Of a stretch of DNA of 64,000 nucleotides, positions 48,263-58,899 are shown piece by piece. Location of the stretch: NCBI GenBank assembly GCA_965203515.1, contig OZ241907.1, forward strand, positions 416,001-480,000, given 5' to 3'. Source of the stretch: Spirochaetia bacterium. GTDB lineage: Bacteria; Spirochaetota; Spirochaetia; SZUA-6; Bin103. How positions within the stretch are numbered: position 1 is the first letter of the stretch; every line of letters starts with the position of its first letter. The notes beneath the pieces are model-generated. The model worked only from the letters and a program-made list of their open reading frames with translations. It had not been told where the DNA came from and searched no databases. A program made the translations under genes and the position numbers.

Positions 48263-49746
48263 AGGCCCAGGTCGGTCAGCAGCTCGCCAAACCCGGCCAC
48301 CAGGGTGTCGACCGCATCCTCGGCCGGCGGCGCCGGCAGGTCGTACGTCCGCACCGCCGAGGATACCGACATGCCCCCCTGGCGCACCGTCTGCGCGGTG
48401 GGAACGTAGCCGAGCACGCCGTTGACGTAGCCGGCGAACATCGTGTGCGCCGCCTTGGAACGCCGTTTGGCGCCCAGACCGATCTCCACGAACGGCTCGC
48501 CCTGCATGCCGAGCAGCACGAAGTCGTCGAGTCGGTGGCCGATCAGGTCGTAGTCTACCGTGCATCGCGTGTCGCCCGAGCGCACCCGATCCAGGACGGT
48601 GCGCGTCCAGTACACCTCGATCTCCTGCGGAGCGGTCAGCTCGGTCGACGCGCCCTGCTCACGCAGCCGTCGCAACGTCTCCTCGGCGGCGGCCGCCTGC
48701 CGCTCCGCTGCGGCGAGCGACGGCAGCGGCTGCAGCGCGACGGTCCCGGTGCGCTCGGCGCTGCGCAGCACCCGATGGGTTGGCCCGTCCTCGAATTCCT
48801 TGCGATACAGGGCTACCGCGGAGATCGACCGGCCTTCCTCGCGCACCTCGCGGTGCGGTCTGGTCTCGATTCCGTAGAACGCCTGCAGCGCCGCGCCGGC
48901 CACTTGACCGCCGGTGCGCTCCTTCTCTCTCCAGTCGCCCTGCAGGAACGACCAGCACGCCTGGTTGCCGGCGGCGCCGGTCAGGTAGAGGCAGGTGGCG
49001 CCGGTCGCTCCTTCGACGATGCGCCGCACCACGCCCGGAAAGTCGGGGCTGAGGTCGTAGATCTGGTAGCCCATCACGACCGGGTGGGCGGCATAGCCGA
49101 CGATCGCGGCGATCGGGTTGCCGGCCGGATCATCGACGCGCAGCACGTCCACGTCGTGGTCAGTGGCGCCGTCCGGGTTGCGGCCGACCAGGACCCGGCC
49201 GTCGGCGGCAACTTCCTCGCGGTTGACGGCGACCGCCGCGTGGCCGCGGCCGGCGCCCGCCCGCGCCGGCCGCCGGGCGCCGTCGGCCATGGCGCTGACG
49301 TCGGCGAGCTGCTGCGTCAGCACCTCGACGTAGTGATCGAGCGCCTCGATCTCGCCGGCGCGCGGCGCCACGTGGTGCGGGCCGCCCAGGACGCCGCGCG
49401 CCGTGCAGGGACCGTTGTGGGTATGGGTGCAGCCCAACGTGACGTGCGTGGTGGTCGTGCCGACGCGGTCGGCGATCTGCCGGCGGATCGTCTGCGCCAA
49501 CGGGAGGTCGAACCCGATCAGGTCGCAGTCCAGGATGATGATCTTGTGCCGATCGTCGGCCAGCGCCAGGGCGGTGGCGGTCAGGGGCTGCTCCACTTCC
49601 ACCGCGCCTTCGATGCGGCGCATCGCCCCCTGCATGCGGAAGCCGAGCGGCGGGGTGATGTCGATCCGGGCGGTGCCGGCCGTCAGGGTGCCGGTTGTCA
49701 GGGCGCCGGCCGGCTGGGTTTTGGCGGTCAGCGTGTCTTCGGCCAC
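48259..49746 (-). CDS. Neutral/alkaline ceramidase N-terminal-domain-like hydrolase
   Basis: Motifs DITPP, CTHTHNGP, YAAHP, SPDFPG, GAAGN, GEPF and GYVPT. Confidence 0.75.
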   Translation of the reverse strand: MAEDTLTAKTQPAGALTTGTLTAGTARIDITPPLGFRMQGAMRRIEGAVEVEQPLTATALALADDRHKIIILDCDLIGFDLPLAQTIRRQIADRVGTTTTHVTLGCTHTHNGPCTARGVLGGPHHVAPRAGEIEALDHYVEVLTQQLADVSAMADGARRPARAGAGRGHAAVAVNREEVAADGRVLVGRNPDGATDHDVDVLRVDDPAGNPIAAIVGYAAHPVVMGYQIYDLSPDFPGVVRRIVEGATGATCLYLTGAAGNQACWSFLQGDWREKERTGGQVAGAALQAFYGIETRPHREVREEGRSISAVALYRKEFEDGPTHRVLRSAERTGTVALQPLPSLAAAERQAAAAEETLRRLREQGASTELTAPQEIEVYWTRTVLDRVRSGDTRCTVDYDLIGHRLDDFVLLGMQGEPFVEIGLGAKRRSKAAHTMFAGYVNGVLGYVPTAQTVRQGGMSVSSAVRTYDLPAPPAEDAVDTLVAGFGELLTDLGL

Positions 49747-49843
49747 GGGTTTGCTCCTCCGGGTGCCGCACCCTGTGGTCCGACCGCGAGCCGGCACCGC
49801 GGCTTGGCATGCTACCATGCCGCCGCGGGATGGCGTCGCGACG

Positions 49844-50860
49844 ATGAGGGTGGTGTTGTGCGGCGTCGGCGGCGTGGGGCGCAACGTGGCCCGCCTGCTG
49901 CGCGCGCGCCCCGGTTACCGGATCGCCGCGGCCTGTTCGCGGAACCCCGCCCTGGTTGGCCGGGACGTCGGCGAGCTGGCCGGCGGCGCGCCGCTGGGGG
50001 TAGCGGTGAGCGGCGACCTCGATACGGCGTTGCGCGAGCCGGCCGACCTGCTGCTGGTCGCCACCACCTCGTTCCTGTCCCAGGTGGCCGCCGACGTGCG
50101 CGCCGGGATCGAACGCGGCCTGCACGTCATCACGACCGCCGAGGAGGCGGCGTTCCCCTGGATCATCGACGCCGGCCTGGCCCGGCAGCTCGACGAGCGG
50201 GCGCGCGAGCGCGGCGTGTCGGTGATCGGCGTGGGGCTGAACCCGGGGTTCATCTTCGACGCGCTGCTGCTGACCGCCAGCGGCATCGCCTGGGACGTGC
50301 GGGCGATACGCGTCAGCCGCGTGGTCGACGTGTCGCGCTTCAGCGCGGCGATCCAGCGCCGGTTGGGGATCGGCTTCACCGCCGAGCGCTTCGCGGCCGG
50401 GGTCGAAGCCGGCGCGATCACCGGGCACATCGGCTTTCCGCAGTCGTTTCACCTGGCGGCGAGGTGCATGGGCGTCCGCATCGACCGCATCGAAAGCGGA
50501 TTCGAGCCGCTCATCGCCGGACGGCCGCACGACGGCGAGAATCTGCGCGTGGAGCCGGGCACCACCGCCGGCTTCGTGCAGCGCTACCGGGCGATCAGCG
50601 CCGGCCGGCCGTGGATGTCAGCCGAGTTCGTCGCCCATGTGGATCCTGCTGCGGCCGGCTACGAGACTGCCGACTCGATACACGTCGACGGCTACAACGC
50701 GGTCAACCTTTCGATCGATCCGGGCTGCCAGCCGCAGCTCGGCACCGCCGCCATGATCGCCAACGTGATGCCGCGGCTGGCGGAGGCGCGGCCGGGCTAC
50801 CTGACCGTGGCCGACTTGGCGCTCCCGCACGCACGCCCGACGGCCGACTCCTTCACCTGA
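49844..50860 (+). CDS. Dihydrodipicolinate-reductase-like / NAD(P)H amine dehydrogenase family
   Basis: Rossmann motif CGVGGVG, plus TTAEE, GLNPGF, GHIGFPQS and RPGYLT. Confidence 0.78.
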   Translation: MRVVLCGVGGVGRNVARLLRARPGYRIAAACSRNPALVGRDVGELAGGAPLGVAVSGDLDTALREPADLLLVATTSFLSQVAADVRAGIERGLHVITTAEEAAFPWIIDAGLARQLDERARERGVSVIGVGLNPGFIFDALLLTASGIAWDVRAIRVSRVVDVSRFSAAIQRRLGIGFTAERFAAGVEAGAITGHIGFPQSFHLAARCMGVRIDRIESGFEPLIAGRPHDGENLRVEPGTTAGFVQRYRAISAGRPWMSAEFVAHVDPAAAGYETADSIHVDGYNAVNLSIDPGCQPQLGTAAMIANVMPRLAEARPGYLTVADLALPHARPTADSFT

Positions 50861-50917
50861 GCCGCCGATGAAGCCGGCGATCGTCTACTGCCGGCAACCA
50901 GACGTCGTGTGCCGTCC

Positions 50918-51433
50918 TCACGGTGCAATACGGCGGGCTGAACAACCGGGGAGGGCCTTGGAGAAGTCCGCGACCGACACGACGATGCAGACGGCGACGT
51001 AAGGGCGCTGCCACGCTGTCTCGGCCTCTTGGGCAAGACGACGGCGCAGCCGGTCGGTCAAGGTCTTCAGCAGAGCCGGCTGGATCGACAGGTTCTCCGT
51101 CCCGATCACGACCACGTAGCGCATGCGCTTCGTATCGCGAGCCATCAGGTGAAGGAATCCGTAGGATGTGCGTGCCTTTGGTACAAGTTCCTGGTTCGTC
51201 AGAGTCTTCGCCTTCATCTTCCCAACAAACTGCTTGCGATCCTTTTCTGATGCCCCGGACGCCGATGGATCTTTGACCTCCACCAACACCAGCTCATCCT
51301 CTCCTTCTATAACGAAGTCGACAGGAAGCACTCCTCTCGGCGGGAATCCTTCTGTCCCACGCCGGTCGAATTGCTGAGCATGCCAGTCATCACCAAACGT
51401 GAACTGAATCTCTCCTTCGTCGAATGACGTCAT
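50918..51433 (-). CDS. Hypothetical PD-(D/E)xK-like protein
   Basis: 171 aa with VDFVIEGEDELVLVEVKD. ATGA overlap with the ATPase stop. Confidence 0.7.
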   Translation of the reverse strand: MTSFDEGEIQFTFGDDWHAQQFDRRGTEGFPPRGVLPVDFVIEGEDELVLVEVKDPSASGASEKDRKQFVGKMKAKTLTNQELVPKARTSYGFLHLMARDTKRMRYVVVIGTENLSIQPALLKTLTDRLRRRLAQEAETAWQRPYVAVCIVVSVADFSKALPGCSARRIAP

Positions 51434-52509
51434 CGGCTTCCGCCCAGCGAGCGCTCGATTTCGCGGTCGTAGAGCGACGTGAAGGCTTCGGCAATCGCGC
51501 TGTGCCGGAGCTCGAAGGGTCGTGACGCTGACTCGGAGCTCACCTCGCCCGCCGAGTCGCGGTACAGTGCGTGGAAGCATACTTCGTCGCCCTCCTCGAT
51601 GAGCAGCTCCAACTCTTTCAAGACCGCGTAGTCATGGGTGGCTATCAGGACCTGGACGCCCGATCGTTGCAGCTGCAGCAGAACATCGACCACGACGGTC
51701 AGAAGTCCGGGATTGAGATTCGCCTCCGGCTCGTCCCAGAGCAGGACGGAACCGCTCGGCAGTGAGCCGTTGCGGACCAGCAGCCAAACAAGACCGAGCT
51801 TGCGCAGACCCTCGGCAAGCAACATGAACTCGATCTTGCCGTTGCCGTTCTCGACGAAAAACTCCTCTCCTTCAGCCGTCACCCTACCTCCGATCGCGTC
51901 CTCAAGACGCTTCTCGATCAGTCGGACGGCGGCATTCTCCTGCTTACGCAGCGGTGGCAGATAGGCGCGGTCAATAATGTCCGAATGTATCTCCTCGAAG
52001 TGTATCTCACGCTGTTCGTAAAGAGAACGGAATCCTGGTGCATGCGAGAGCATTTCCTTGGCCGGAATGAACGCACTCTTGACGGCCTCGTCGGGCCAAT
52101 CAAGTTCCACAGGGAAGCCCAGCCGTCTGGCCTCGTCGGATACGGCGAAACGTAATCTGCGGCCGCTGCGCCACACGTCGACAATCGCATGACGATCTTC
52201 ACGTGGATGCCTTACCAGACGTTGAATACTGTTTCGAGATGGCAAGAAAACTCGGGTAAGCTTGTGATAGAAACGTTGTTCCGGTCCTCTGATGTAATCG
52301 AATCTAGTTGTCTTGAATTCGCATACCGCGTAGGCGACCTTGAGGATATGCGTCTTCCCGGTCCCGTTGGCTCCAATGAACACGTTTATGCCTGGGCCGA
52401 GACTCAGATCGAGCCGCTCGAACGCCGTGAACCGTTCGAGGACAATGCGAGCCAAGGAAGAATGCTTTGCGCTTGGCAAGTCGGTGTTGCTTCGGAGCTC
52501 ATTTTGCAT
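51430..52509 (-). CDS. AAA_15/AAA_21 ABC-type ATPase (soluble)
   Basis: Walker A GANGTGKT, signature LAEGLRK, Walker B LLWDEPEANLNP, H-loop IATHD. Confidence 0.88.
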   Translation of the reverse strand: MQNELRSNTDLPSAKHSSLARIVLERFTAFERLDLSLGPGINVFIGANGTGKTHILKVAYAVCEFKTTRFDYIRGPEQRFYHKLTRVFLPSRNSIQRLVRHPREDRHAIVDVWRSGRRLRFAVSDEARRLGFPVELDWPDEAVKSAFIPAKEMLSHAPGFRSLYEQREIHFEEIHSDIIDRAYLPPLRKQENAAVRLIEKRLEDAIGGRVTAEGEEFFVENGNGKIEFMLLAEGLRKLGLVWLLVRNGSLPSGSVLLWDEPEANLNPGLLTVVVDVLLQLQRSGVQVLIATHDYAVLKELELLIEEGDEVCFHALYRDSAGEVSSESASRPFELRHSAIAEAFTSLYDREIERSLGGSR

Positions 52510-52825
52510 GTTTCGTTCTCGGCGTCAGCGCAACAGGATCTCGCGCTCCTCCTCATGTTGTCGTTCGCGGTCGGCCAGCGCGCCGAGGGCGGGTATTGAT
52601 TGCACCGCTCGGCGAGTATCCGGTTCGGTGCGGAAGCGGCACCTCACTTGGTGGAGCGTATAGTTCGGCGTCCGGTAATTCAAGCAATGAGGTACAGCGG
52701 TTGAGGATGCGGCGGCGCTCGGCGGCGAGCCGGGATGGTGGCAGTGGTAGCGGCCGCCGCGCGGCGCCGGGGTCGTCGGCGTGCAGGGCAGGGTGCACAG
52801 CGCGGCTAGCCGATGCACCTCCGCG

Positions 52826-53179
52826 CTAGCGCCGTCCGCTTGTCGCGCTGCCGGATCCGTCCGGCGGGCCGGGGAAGAAATCGGCGGCGCGCATCATCAT
52901 GTCCTGCTGCCTGACGACCAGGCCCTTCACCCGGGGCAGGTACTCGCCGGTCCAGCGCGGATCGGTGCGCACCGCCTCGCGCGCCTGCTCGAAGTGGGCG
53001 TAGTCCCGGTACGCCCAGATGTGCACGACGCGGTTGAGCGGACCGATGTCGGTGTAGTACCAGCCGGCCAGCCGCACGCCGTGATCCTCTCTGATCTGCA
53101 GGGCGACCTCCCGCACCGCTTCCATATAGCGCGGCACGGCTCCCGGCTGCACGTCGTAGATCCTCATGTCGTAGATCAT
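52826..53179 (-). CDS. NIPSNAP family protein
   Basis: MIYDMRIYDVQPG and IGPLNRVVHIWAY. AGGAGG RBS upstream. Confidence 0.88.
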   Translation of the reverse strand: MIYDMRIYDVQPGAVPRYMEAVREVALQIREDHGVRLAGWYYTDIGPLNRVVHIWAYRDYAHFEQAREAVRTDPRWTGEYLPRVKGLVVRQQDMMMRAADFFPGPPDGSGSATSGRR

Positions 53180-53247
53180 GCGCTCCTCCTGTCGTCTCTT
53201 CGACGGATGGTCGTGGACAGGGTACAGTAGCCGCGGCCGGCAAGCGG

Positions 53248-53988
53248 ATGAGCGACCTTCTGGACTTCGGACTCTCCTACATCTCCGGCAGGGCGGCGGA
53301 CAACCGCGTCCGGTTCCAGGTCGAGTCGCGGACCCGCATCGACGACGTTGCGAGCGGCCGGACCGAGCGCTTCTACCAGTGCGCCTCCTGCAAGAGCGAG
53401 AACACCTTCGCGGAGCGGGACCTGTTCATGGAGGACAACTACGACTTCCTGCCGATCTTCGGCGGCGAGCACGGCGTCGTGTTCCGGCGCAAGGCGGCCT
53501 GCCACGACCGGTATCGCCAGACGCGGCCGGCCGGCGAGTGGTGGGGCGGCCAAGTCTACCGGCTGGCGCCGGCGTCCGGCGTCCGGGAGCTCACCTCGTT
53601 CGAGCAGATCGCGGCCGCTACGCACGCGGCGCGCCCGCTCATAGCGGTCACCCGGATCGACAACGCGGCGACCGGCCTGCGCGCGACCATCGAGTATCCG
53701 GTCAAGACCATGAACGTCCGCGAGCACGACCGCCGCTATCAGGTCGATACCGGCCCGGTCGCCTGGCCCGATCTGAGCAGGCGGCGCGGCCGGCCGGTCG
53801 ACCTGCTGTCGCTCGCCTTCGTCGCCTTCAACGCCCCCCACTTCGCCGACTTCGTGATCGAAGCGCCGGCCGCGGTCGGGGAGGGAGGAGGCGACACGAC
53901 CCTCGTCCATCACTACTGCAAGCGGGTCTCGCTGCCGGCGGCCAACCGCCTGTTCGCGATCGATCCGTCGCCGGGCGGCGCGCCGTGA
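53248..53988 (+). CDS. Hypothetical protein
   Basis: 246 aa with YQCASCKSE. GTGA overlap with the next gene. Confidence 0.7.
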   Translation: MSDLLDFGLSYISGRAADNRVRFQVESRTRIDDVASGRTERFYQCASCKSENTFAERDLFMEDNYDFLPIFGGEHGVVFRRKAACHDRYRQTRPAGEWWGGQVYRLAPASGVRELTSFEQIAAATHAARPLIAVTRIDNAATGLRATIEYPVKTMNVREHDRRYQVDTGPVAWPDLSRRRGRPVDLLSLAFVAFNAPHFADFVIEAPAAVGEGGGDTTLVHHYCKRVSLPAANRLFAIDPSPGGAP

Positions 53989-55172
53989 AGATCACCGCGG
54001 TGACGCCGCACGTCATGTGGGGCGGCGATGCCGGCGGCGTCCGGGAAGCCGGCGGCGTCCGGCTCTCCTCCACGCTCTGGGGCCGGGGGGCCGGGCGCAA
54101 TTGGCTGTTCGTCAAGGTAGAGACCGAAGCCGGCGTGCACGGCTGGGGAGAGGCGTCCCTGGTCAACCAGACCCCGGCGATCGCGGCGTCGGTCGAACTG
54201 CTGGGGCGGCAAGTCACCGGGCGCGATCCGGCCGCGATCGAGCGGCTCTGGCAGATGATGTTCCTGCACAACCGCTACCGCGGCGGCGTGGTGATCAACT
54301 CCGCGCTCAGCGCCATCGACCAGGCGCTCTGGGACATCAAGGGCAAGGCGTTGGGCGTGCCGGTGTACCAGCTTCTGGGCGGAGCGGTACGCGACACGAT
54401 CCGCGTCTATGCCGGAGCGGGCGACGCGGAGCAGGCGCAGGCGCGCATCGCCGAGGGCTTCGCCGGCGTCAAGACCGGCGGCGGCTGGCACGGCGCGGAT
54501 CACGCCGTAGACGACCGGGCGGCGCCCGCCGCCCTGCGGGAGGAGCTCACCGCGATCCGCCAGGCGATCGGCCCCGATGCCGAGCTGATGGTCGACAATC
54601 ACGGCCACTCGCGGCCGGCGGCGGCGATCCGGCAGATACGGGCGGTCGATGACCTGGGCCTGCTGTTCTTCGAGGAACCGGTGCCGCCCGACAATCCCGA
54701 CGAGCTGGCGCGCGTGCGCGCTGCCGGCCTGTCCACGCCGCTGGCCGCCGGCGAGCGGCTGCACAGCCGCTGGGCGTTTCGCGACCTGGTGATCCGCCAG
54801 CTCGTCGACGTGATCCAACCCGACGTCTGCCACTGCGGCGGCATCTCCGAGCTGCGCCGCATCGCCGCGCTGGCGGAGATATACGGCATCGCCGTCGCGC
54901 CCCACAATCCCAAGGGACCGGTGGCGACCGCGGCCAGCCTGCACGTCTGCGCCGCCATCCCCAACTTTCTGATCCTGGAGCACGCTCACGCCAACCCGTT
55001 GTTCGACGCCGTGCAGGTGACGCCGATGCGGATCGGCGACGGCGGCTACGCGCTGCCCGACGCCCCGGGGCTGGGCGTGGAGCTGGATCCCGATGTGATC
55101 GCCGCCCATCCCTACCGCCACCGGCCGGTGCTGGAGGCGTATGAGTCGGACGGCACGCCCGCTCATCCGTAA
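53985..55172 (+). CDS. Galactonate-dehydratase-like enolase superfamily enzyme
   Basis: Motifs RNWLFVKVET, SAIDQALWDIKGK, FFEEP, AAGER, QPDVCHCGG and APHNP. Confidence 0.87.
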   Translation: MKITAVTPHVMWGGDAGGVREAGGVRLSSTLWGRGAGRNWLFVKVETEAGVHGWGEASLVNQTPAIAASVELLGRQVTGRDPAAIERLWQMMFLHNRYRGGVVINSALSAIDQALWDIKGKALGVPVYQLLGGAVRDTIRVYAGAGDAEQAQARIAEGFAGVKTGGGWHGADHAVDDRAAPAALREELTAIRQAIGPDAELMVDNHGHSRPAAAIRQIRAVDDLGLLFFEEPVPPDNPDELARVRAAGLSTPLAAGERLHSRWAFRDLVIRQLVDVIQPDVCHCGGISELRRIAALAEIYGIAVAPHNPKGPVATAASLHVCAAIPNFLILEHAHANPLFDAVQVTPMRIGDGGYALPDAPGLGVELDPDVIAAHPYRHRPVLEAYESDGTPAHP

Positions 55173-55190
55173 AACGGCCGGCGGCGCCTC

Positions 55191-55886
55191 GTGCGACTTT
55201 CCGTGATCATTCCCGTCTACAACGAGCGGCGCTGGCTTCCCGAGGTGTTGGCGCGGGTGCTGGCGGTCGACGTCGACAAGCAGGTCGTGGTGGTCGACGA
55301 CGGGTCGACCGACGGGACGTGGGAGTGGCTCGATGCGTGGCGTATCGGGCAGCCGGATTGGATCACGGTACTTCGGCATCCGTTCAATCAGGGCAAGACG
55401 GCGGCGGTCCGCACCGGGTTGGCGCGCGTCAGCGGCGACTGCGTCATCATCCAGGACGGAGACCTGGAGTATGATCCGGGCGACTACGGGCGGCTGCTGC
55501 AGCCGCTGGCGGAGGGCCGTTGCCGGGTGGTCTACGGATCGCGGTTCCTCGGCAACCGGCCGCGCATGTTCTTCATGCAGCGGCTCGGCAATCGCGTGCT
55601 GACCTGGCTGACGAACCGCCTCTACGGTGCTTCGCTGACCGACATGGAGACCTGCTACAAACTCATCGCGCGGGAGGTCATGGCGAGCATCGCAGTCGAA
55701 TCGAACGGCTTCGACGTCGAACCGGAGCTGACGGCGAAGGTGTTGCGTCAAGGGCTGAAGATCGTCGAAGTGCCGATCGCCTATGCGGGCCGGACGTATG
55801 CCGAGGGCAAGAAGATCGGGTGGCGCGACTTCGTGTCGTCGGCGTGGACGCTGGTCAGACTGCGGTTCCGGAGAGCGTCCGAATAG
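55191..55886 (+). CDS. GT2 (DPM1-like) glycosyltransferase
   Basis: Motifs [26 protein letters not shown] and TDMETCYK. Confidence 0.92.
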   Translation: MRLSVIIPVYNERRWLPEVLARVLAVDVDKQVVVVDDGSTDGTWEWLDAWRIGQPDWITVLRHPFNQGKTAAVRTGLARVSGDCVIIQDGDLEYDPGDYGRLLQPLAEGRCRVVYGSRFLGNRPRMFFMQRLGNRVLTWLTNRLYGASLTDMETCYKLIAREVMASIAVESNGFDVEPELTAKVLRQGLKIVEVPIAYAGRTYAEGKKIGWRDFVSSAWTLVRLRFRRASE

Positions 55887-55918
55887 ACGCGCGCCGGTAC
55901 TGCTATCATGCGCGCGCG

Positions 55919-56872
<954 letters not shown>

Positions 56873-56882
56873 TCCGCGGCGT

Positions 56883-57857
56883 TCAGGCCCAGACGGCGAG
56901 ATCGCCGAACAGCGACCTGAGTCGAGCGGTGTGCTCATCCGGGAGATCGAGCGTCTCCATGCCGGCGACGTTGGCGTCCAGGTGCTGCGGATTGGTGGTG
57001 CCGGTCAGCACGGTGTGGATGGCCAGATGGCGGGCGGCGAAACGGTAGCCGGCGGTGATCACCGAATCGACGCTGCCCGACACCAGCCAGCCGAGCGGAT
57101 CATCGTCCGCCAGCGCGCCGGGGGCGATCGCTCCGTCCCGCTTCAGCTCCGCGATCAGCGCGCGGAGCTGGCCGGGCTGCGAGAGCTTGCTGCGCACCGC
57201 GCTCATGCAGACCACCCCCGCGCCGTGCCGCCGCGCCAGCGGCAGCGCCCGCTTGGCGGCGAACTGGTTCAGGATACCGTACTTGAGTGAAACCACGTCC
57301 CACGCGTCGGGATGGCGCTCCAACGCCATGGAGACCGCCTCGTGCCGCGGGTCGGCGATGTAGCGTTCGCTGATGCCGCGGTAGCGTATCGCGCCGTCGC
57401 CGCGCAGCCGGTCGAGCACCGGGACGAACCGCTCGGCCACCTCGTCGTACTGCTCCGGGCGCACGCCGTGCAACTCCATGATGTCGATGACGTCGGTGCG
57501 CAGCCGGCGCAGGCTCGCTTCCACGCCGCGCGCCAGCGCTTCCGGATCGGTCTCGATCGGCGCGTCGGCGCCGCCGACTCCCGCCGGCGACCACCGCGGG
57601 GACGGCGCCCACTTGGTCAGGAGCAGGTAGCGGTCGCGCGGAACCTCTGCCAGCGCCTCGCCGAGCAGCGCCTCGCTCTCGCCGTAGTTGGCCGAGGTGT
57701 CGAAGAGATTGATGCCGTGGTCGAGACAGCGGCGTATCAGCGCCGCGCGTTGCGGCCGCTCGGCGTCCTGCGGCGCTCCGAACCCGCTGGGACCGCCGGT
57801 GCCGAACGAGACCACGGAGACCGACAGGCCGGTGCGGCCCAGGGTACGGAACTGCAC
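56883..57857 (-). CDS. Aldo/keto reductase
   Basis: Motifs FRTLGRTGL, DTSANYG and SLRRLRTD. Confidence 0.87.
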   Translation of the reverse strand: MQFRTLGRTGLSVSVVSFGTGGPSGFGAPQDAERPQRAALIRRCLDHGINLFDTSANYGESEALLGEALAEVPRDRYLLLTKWAPSPRWSPAGVGGADAPIETDPEALARGVEASLRRLRTDVIDIMELHGVRPEQYDEVAERFVPVLDRLRGDGAIRYRGISERYIADPRHEAVSMALERHPDAWDVVSLKYGILNQFAAKRALPLARRHGAGVVCMSAVRSKLSQPGQLRALIAELKRDGAIAPGALADDDPLGWLVSGSVDSVITAGYRFAARHLAIHTVLTGTTNPQHLDANVAGMETLDLPDEHTARLRSLFGDLAVWA

Positions 57858-57879
57858 GCCCGGCTCCTGCGCCGGCCGG

Positions 57880-58794
57880 TCACGCGGCGCTCATGCCGGC
57901 CGCGTCCGCGGCTCGGTCGAGCAGCCGTTTGTCGGCGTCGGACGGCTCCGTGATCGGCGCGCGCGGGTGGCCGCCGGCCAGTCCTCGCTTGTTGGCCAGG
58001 TAGCGCAGCGCGGCCGCCGGGGTGGCGGCGGCGGCCGTGAACGCTCGGCGAATCGTGTTCACCTTGCGCTGAATGGCGCGCGCCCGCAGGAGATCGCCGC
58101 CGCGGACGCAGTCGTACAACCCGATGCACTCCTGTCCCAGCATCAGCGGCGAGATGCCGTAGTTGGCGTCGGCCCCCATGACCAGCGCCGGCAGCGCCCG
58201 CGGCTCCTGACCGTTGGTGACGAAGAAGCCGTCCTGACCGCCGGCCAGATCGATCAGATCGATCAGGTCGGTGAGGTCCGGGCTGGACTGCTTGATGGTC
58301 GCCACGTTGTCGAGCCGGCTCAGCTCGACCAGCAGGGCCACCGACATGTTGATCCCCACCCGCGGCGGATTGTTGTAGATCGTGATCGGCAGCGCGGCGG
58401 CGGCGGCGATGCGGCCGAAGTGGAGCCGCAGGTCGTCGTCGGAGGGGCGCAGGTAGTGGGGCGGCGTCATCATCACCCCGTCCATGCCGATGCGGGCGGC
58501 GGCGTCGCCAAGCTCGATCACGACGTCGGTACGCGCGTGCGCCGTGCCGGCGATCACCGCGCAGCGCCCGGCCGCCTCTTCGGCGGCCACCTCGTACAGG
58601 CGGATCCGTTCCTGCCCGGTGAGCAGCGGGAACTCTCCGAACGAGCCGGTAAGCGTGATGCCGTGGATGCCTTCGCCGATGAGATAGGCGATGTTGGTGC
58701 GCATGCCGCGCTCGTCGACGCTGCCGTCGGTGTTGAACGGGGTCAGCAACGGCATGATGTAGCCGTGCAGCGGTGCGGGACGCTCTGCGGGCAT
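57880..58794 (-). CDS. DHDPS/NAL-family class I aldolase/dehydratase
   Basis: Motifs TPFNTDG, GSFGE, IYNNP and IKQSS. Confidence 0.88.
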   Translation of the reverse strand: MPAERPAPLHGYIMPLLTPFNTDGSVDERGMRTNIAYLIGEGIHGITLTGSFGEFPLLTGQERIRLYEVAAEEAAGRCAVIAGTAHARTDVVIELGDAAARIGMDGVMMTPPHYLRPSDDDLRLHFGRIAAAAALPITIYNNPPRVGINMSVALLVELSRLDNVATIKQSSPDLTDLIDLIDLAGGQDGFFVTNGQEPRALPALVMGADANYGISPLMLGQECIGLYDCVRGGDLLRARAIQRKVNTIRRAFTAAAATPAAALRYLANKRGLAGGHPRAPITEPSDADKRLLDRAADAAGMSAA

Positions 58795-58899
58795 TCGGGT
58801 GCTCCTCCTGCGGGGTTCGCGCAGCTTTGCGCAATCGACGCGGATCGGCAAGGCGGCCGGCCCGGAAACCGGCGTGCGCTGGTGCGCTGCGGCGCGCGG

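Noticed and set aside
52510..52825. Small ORFs (52525-52818, 52553-52798) or an ncRNA between the ATPase and NIPSNAP genes
   Set aside because: No recognisable motif, RBS or convincing structure. May be a gene remnant but cannot be supported.
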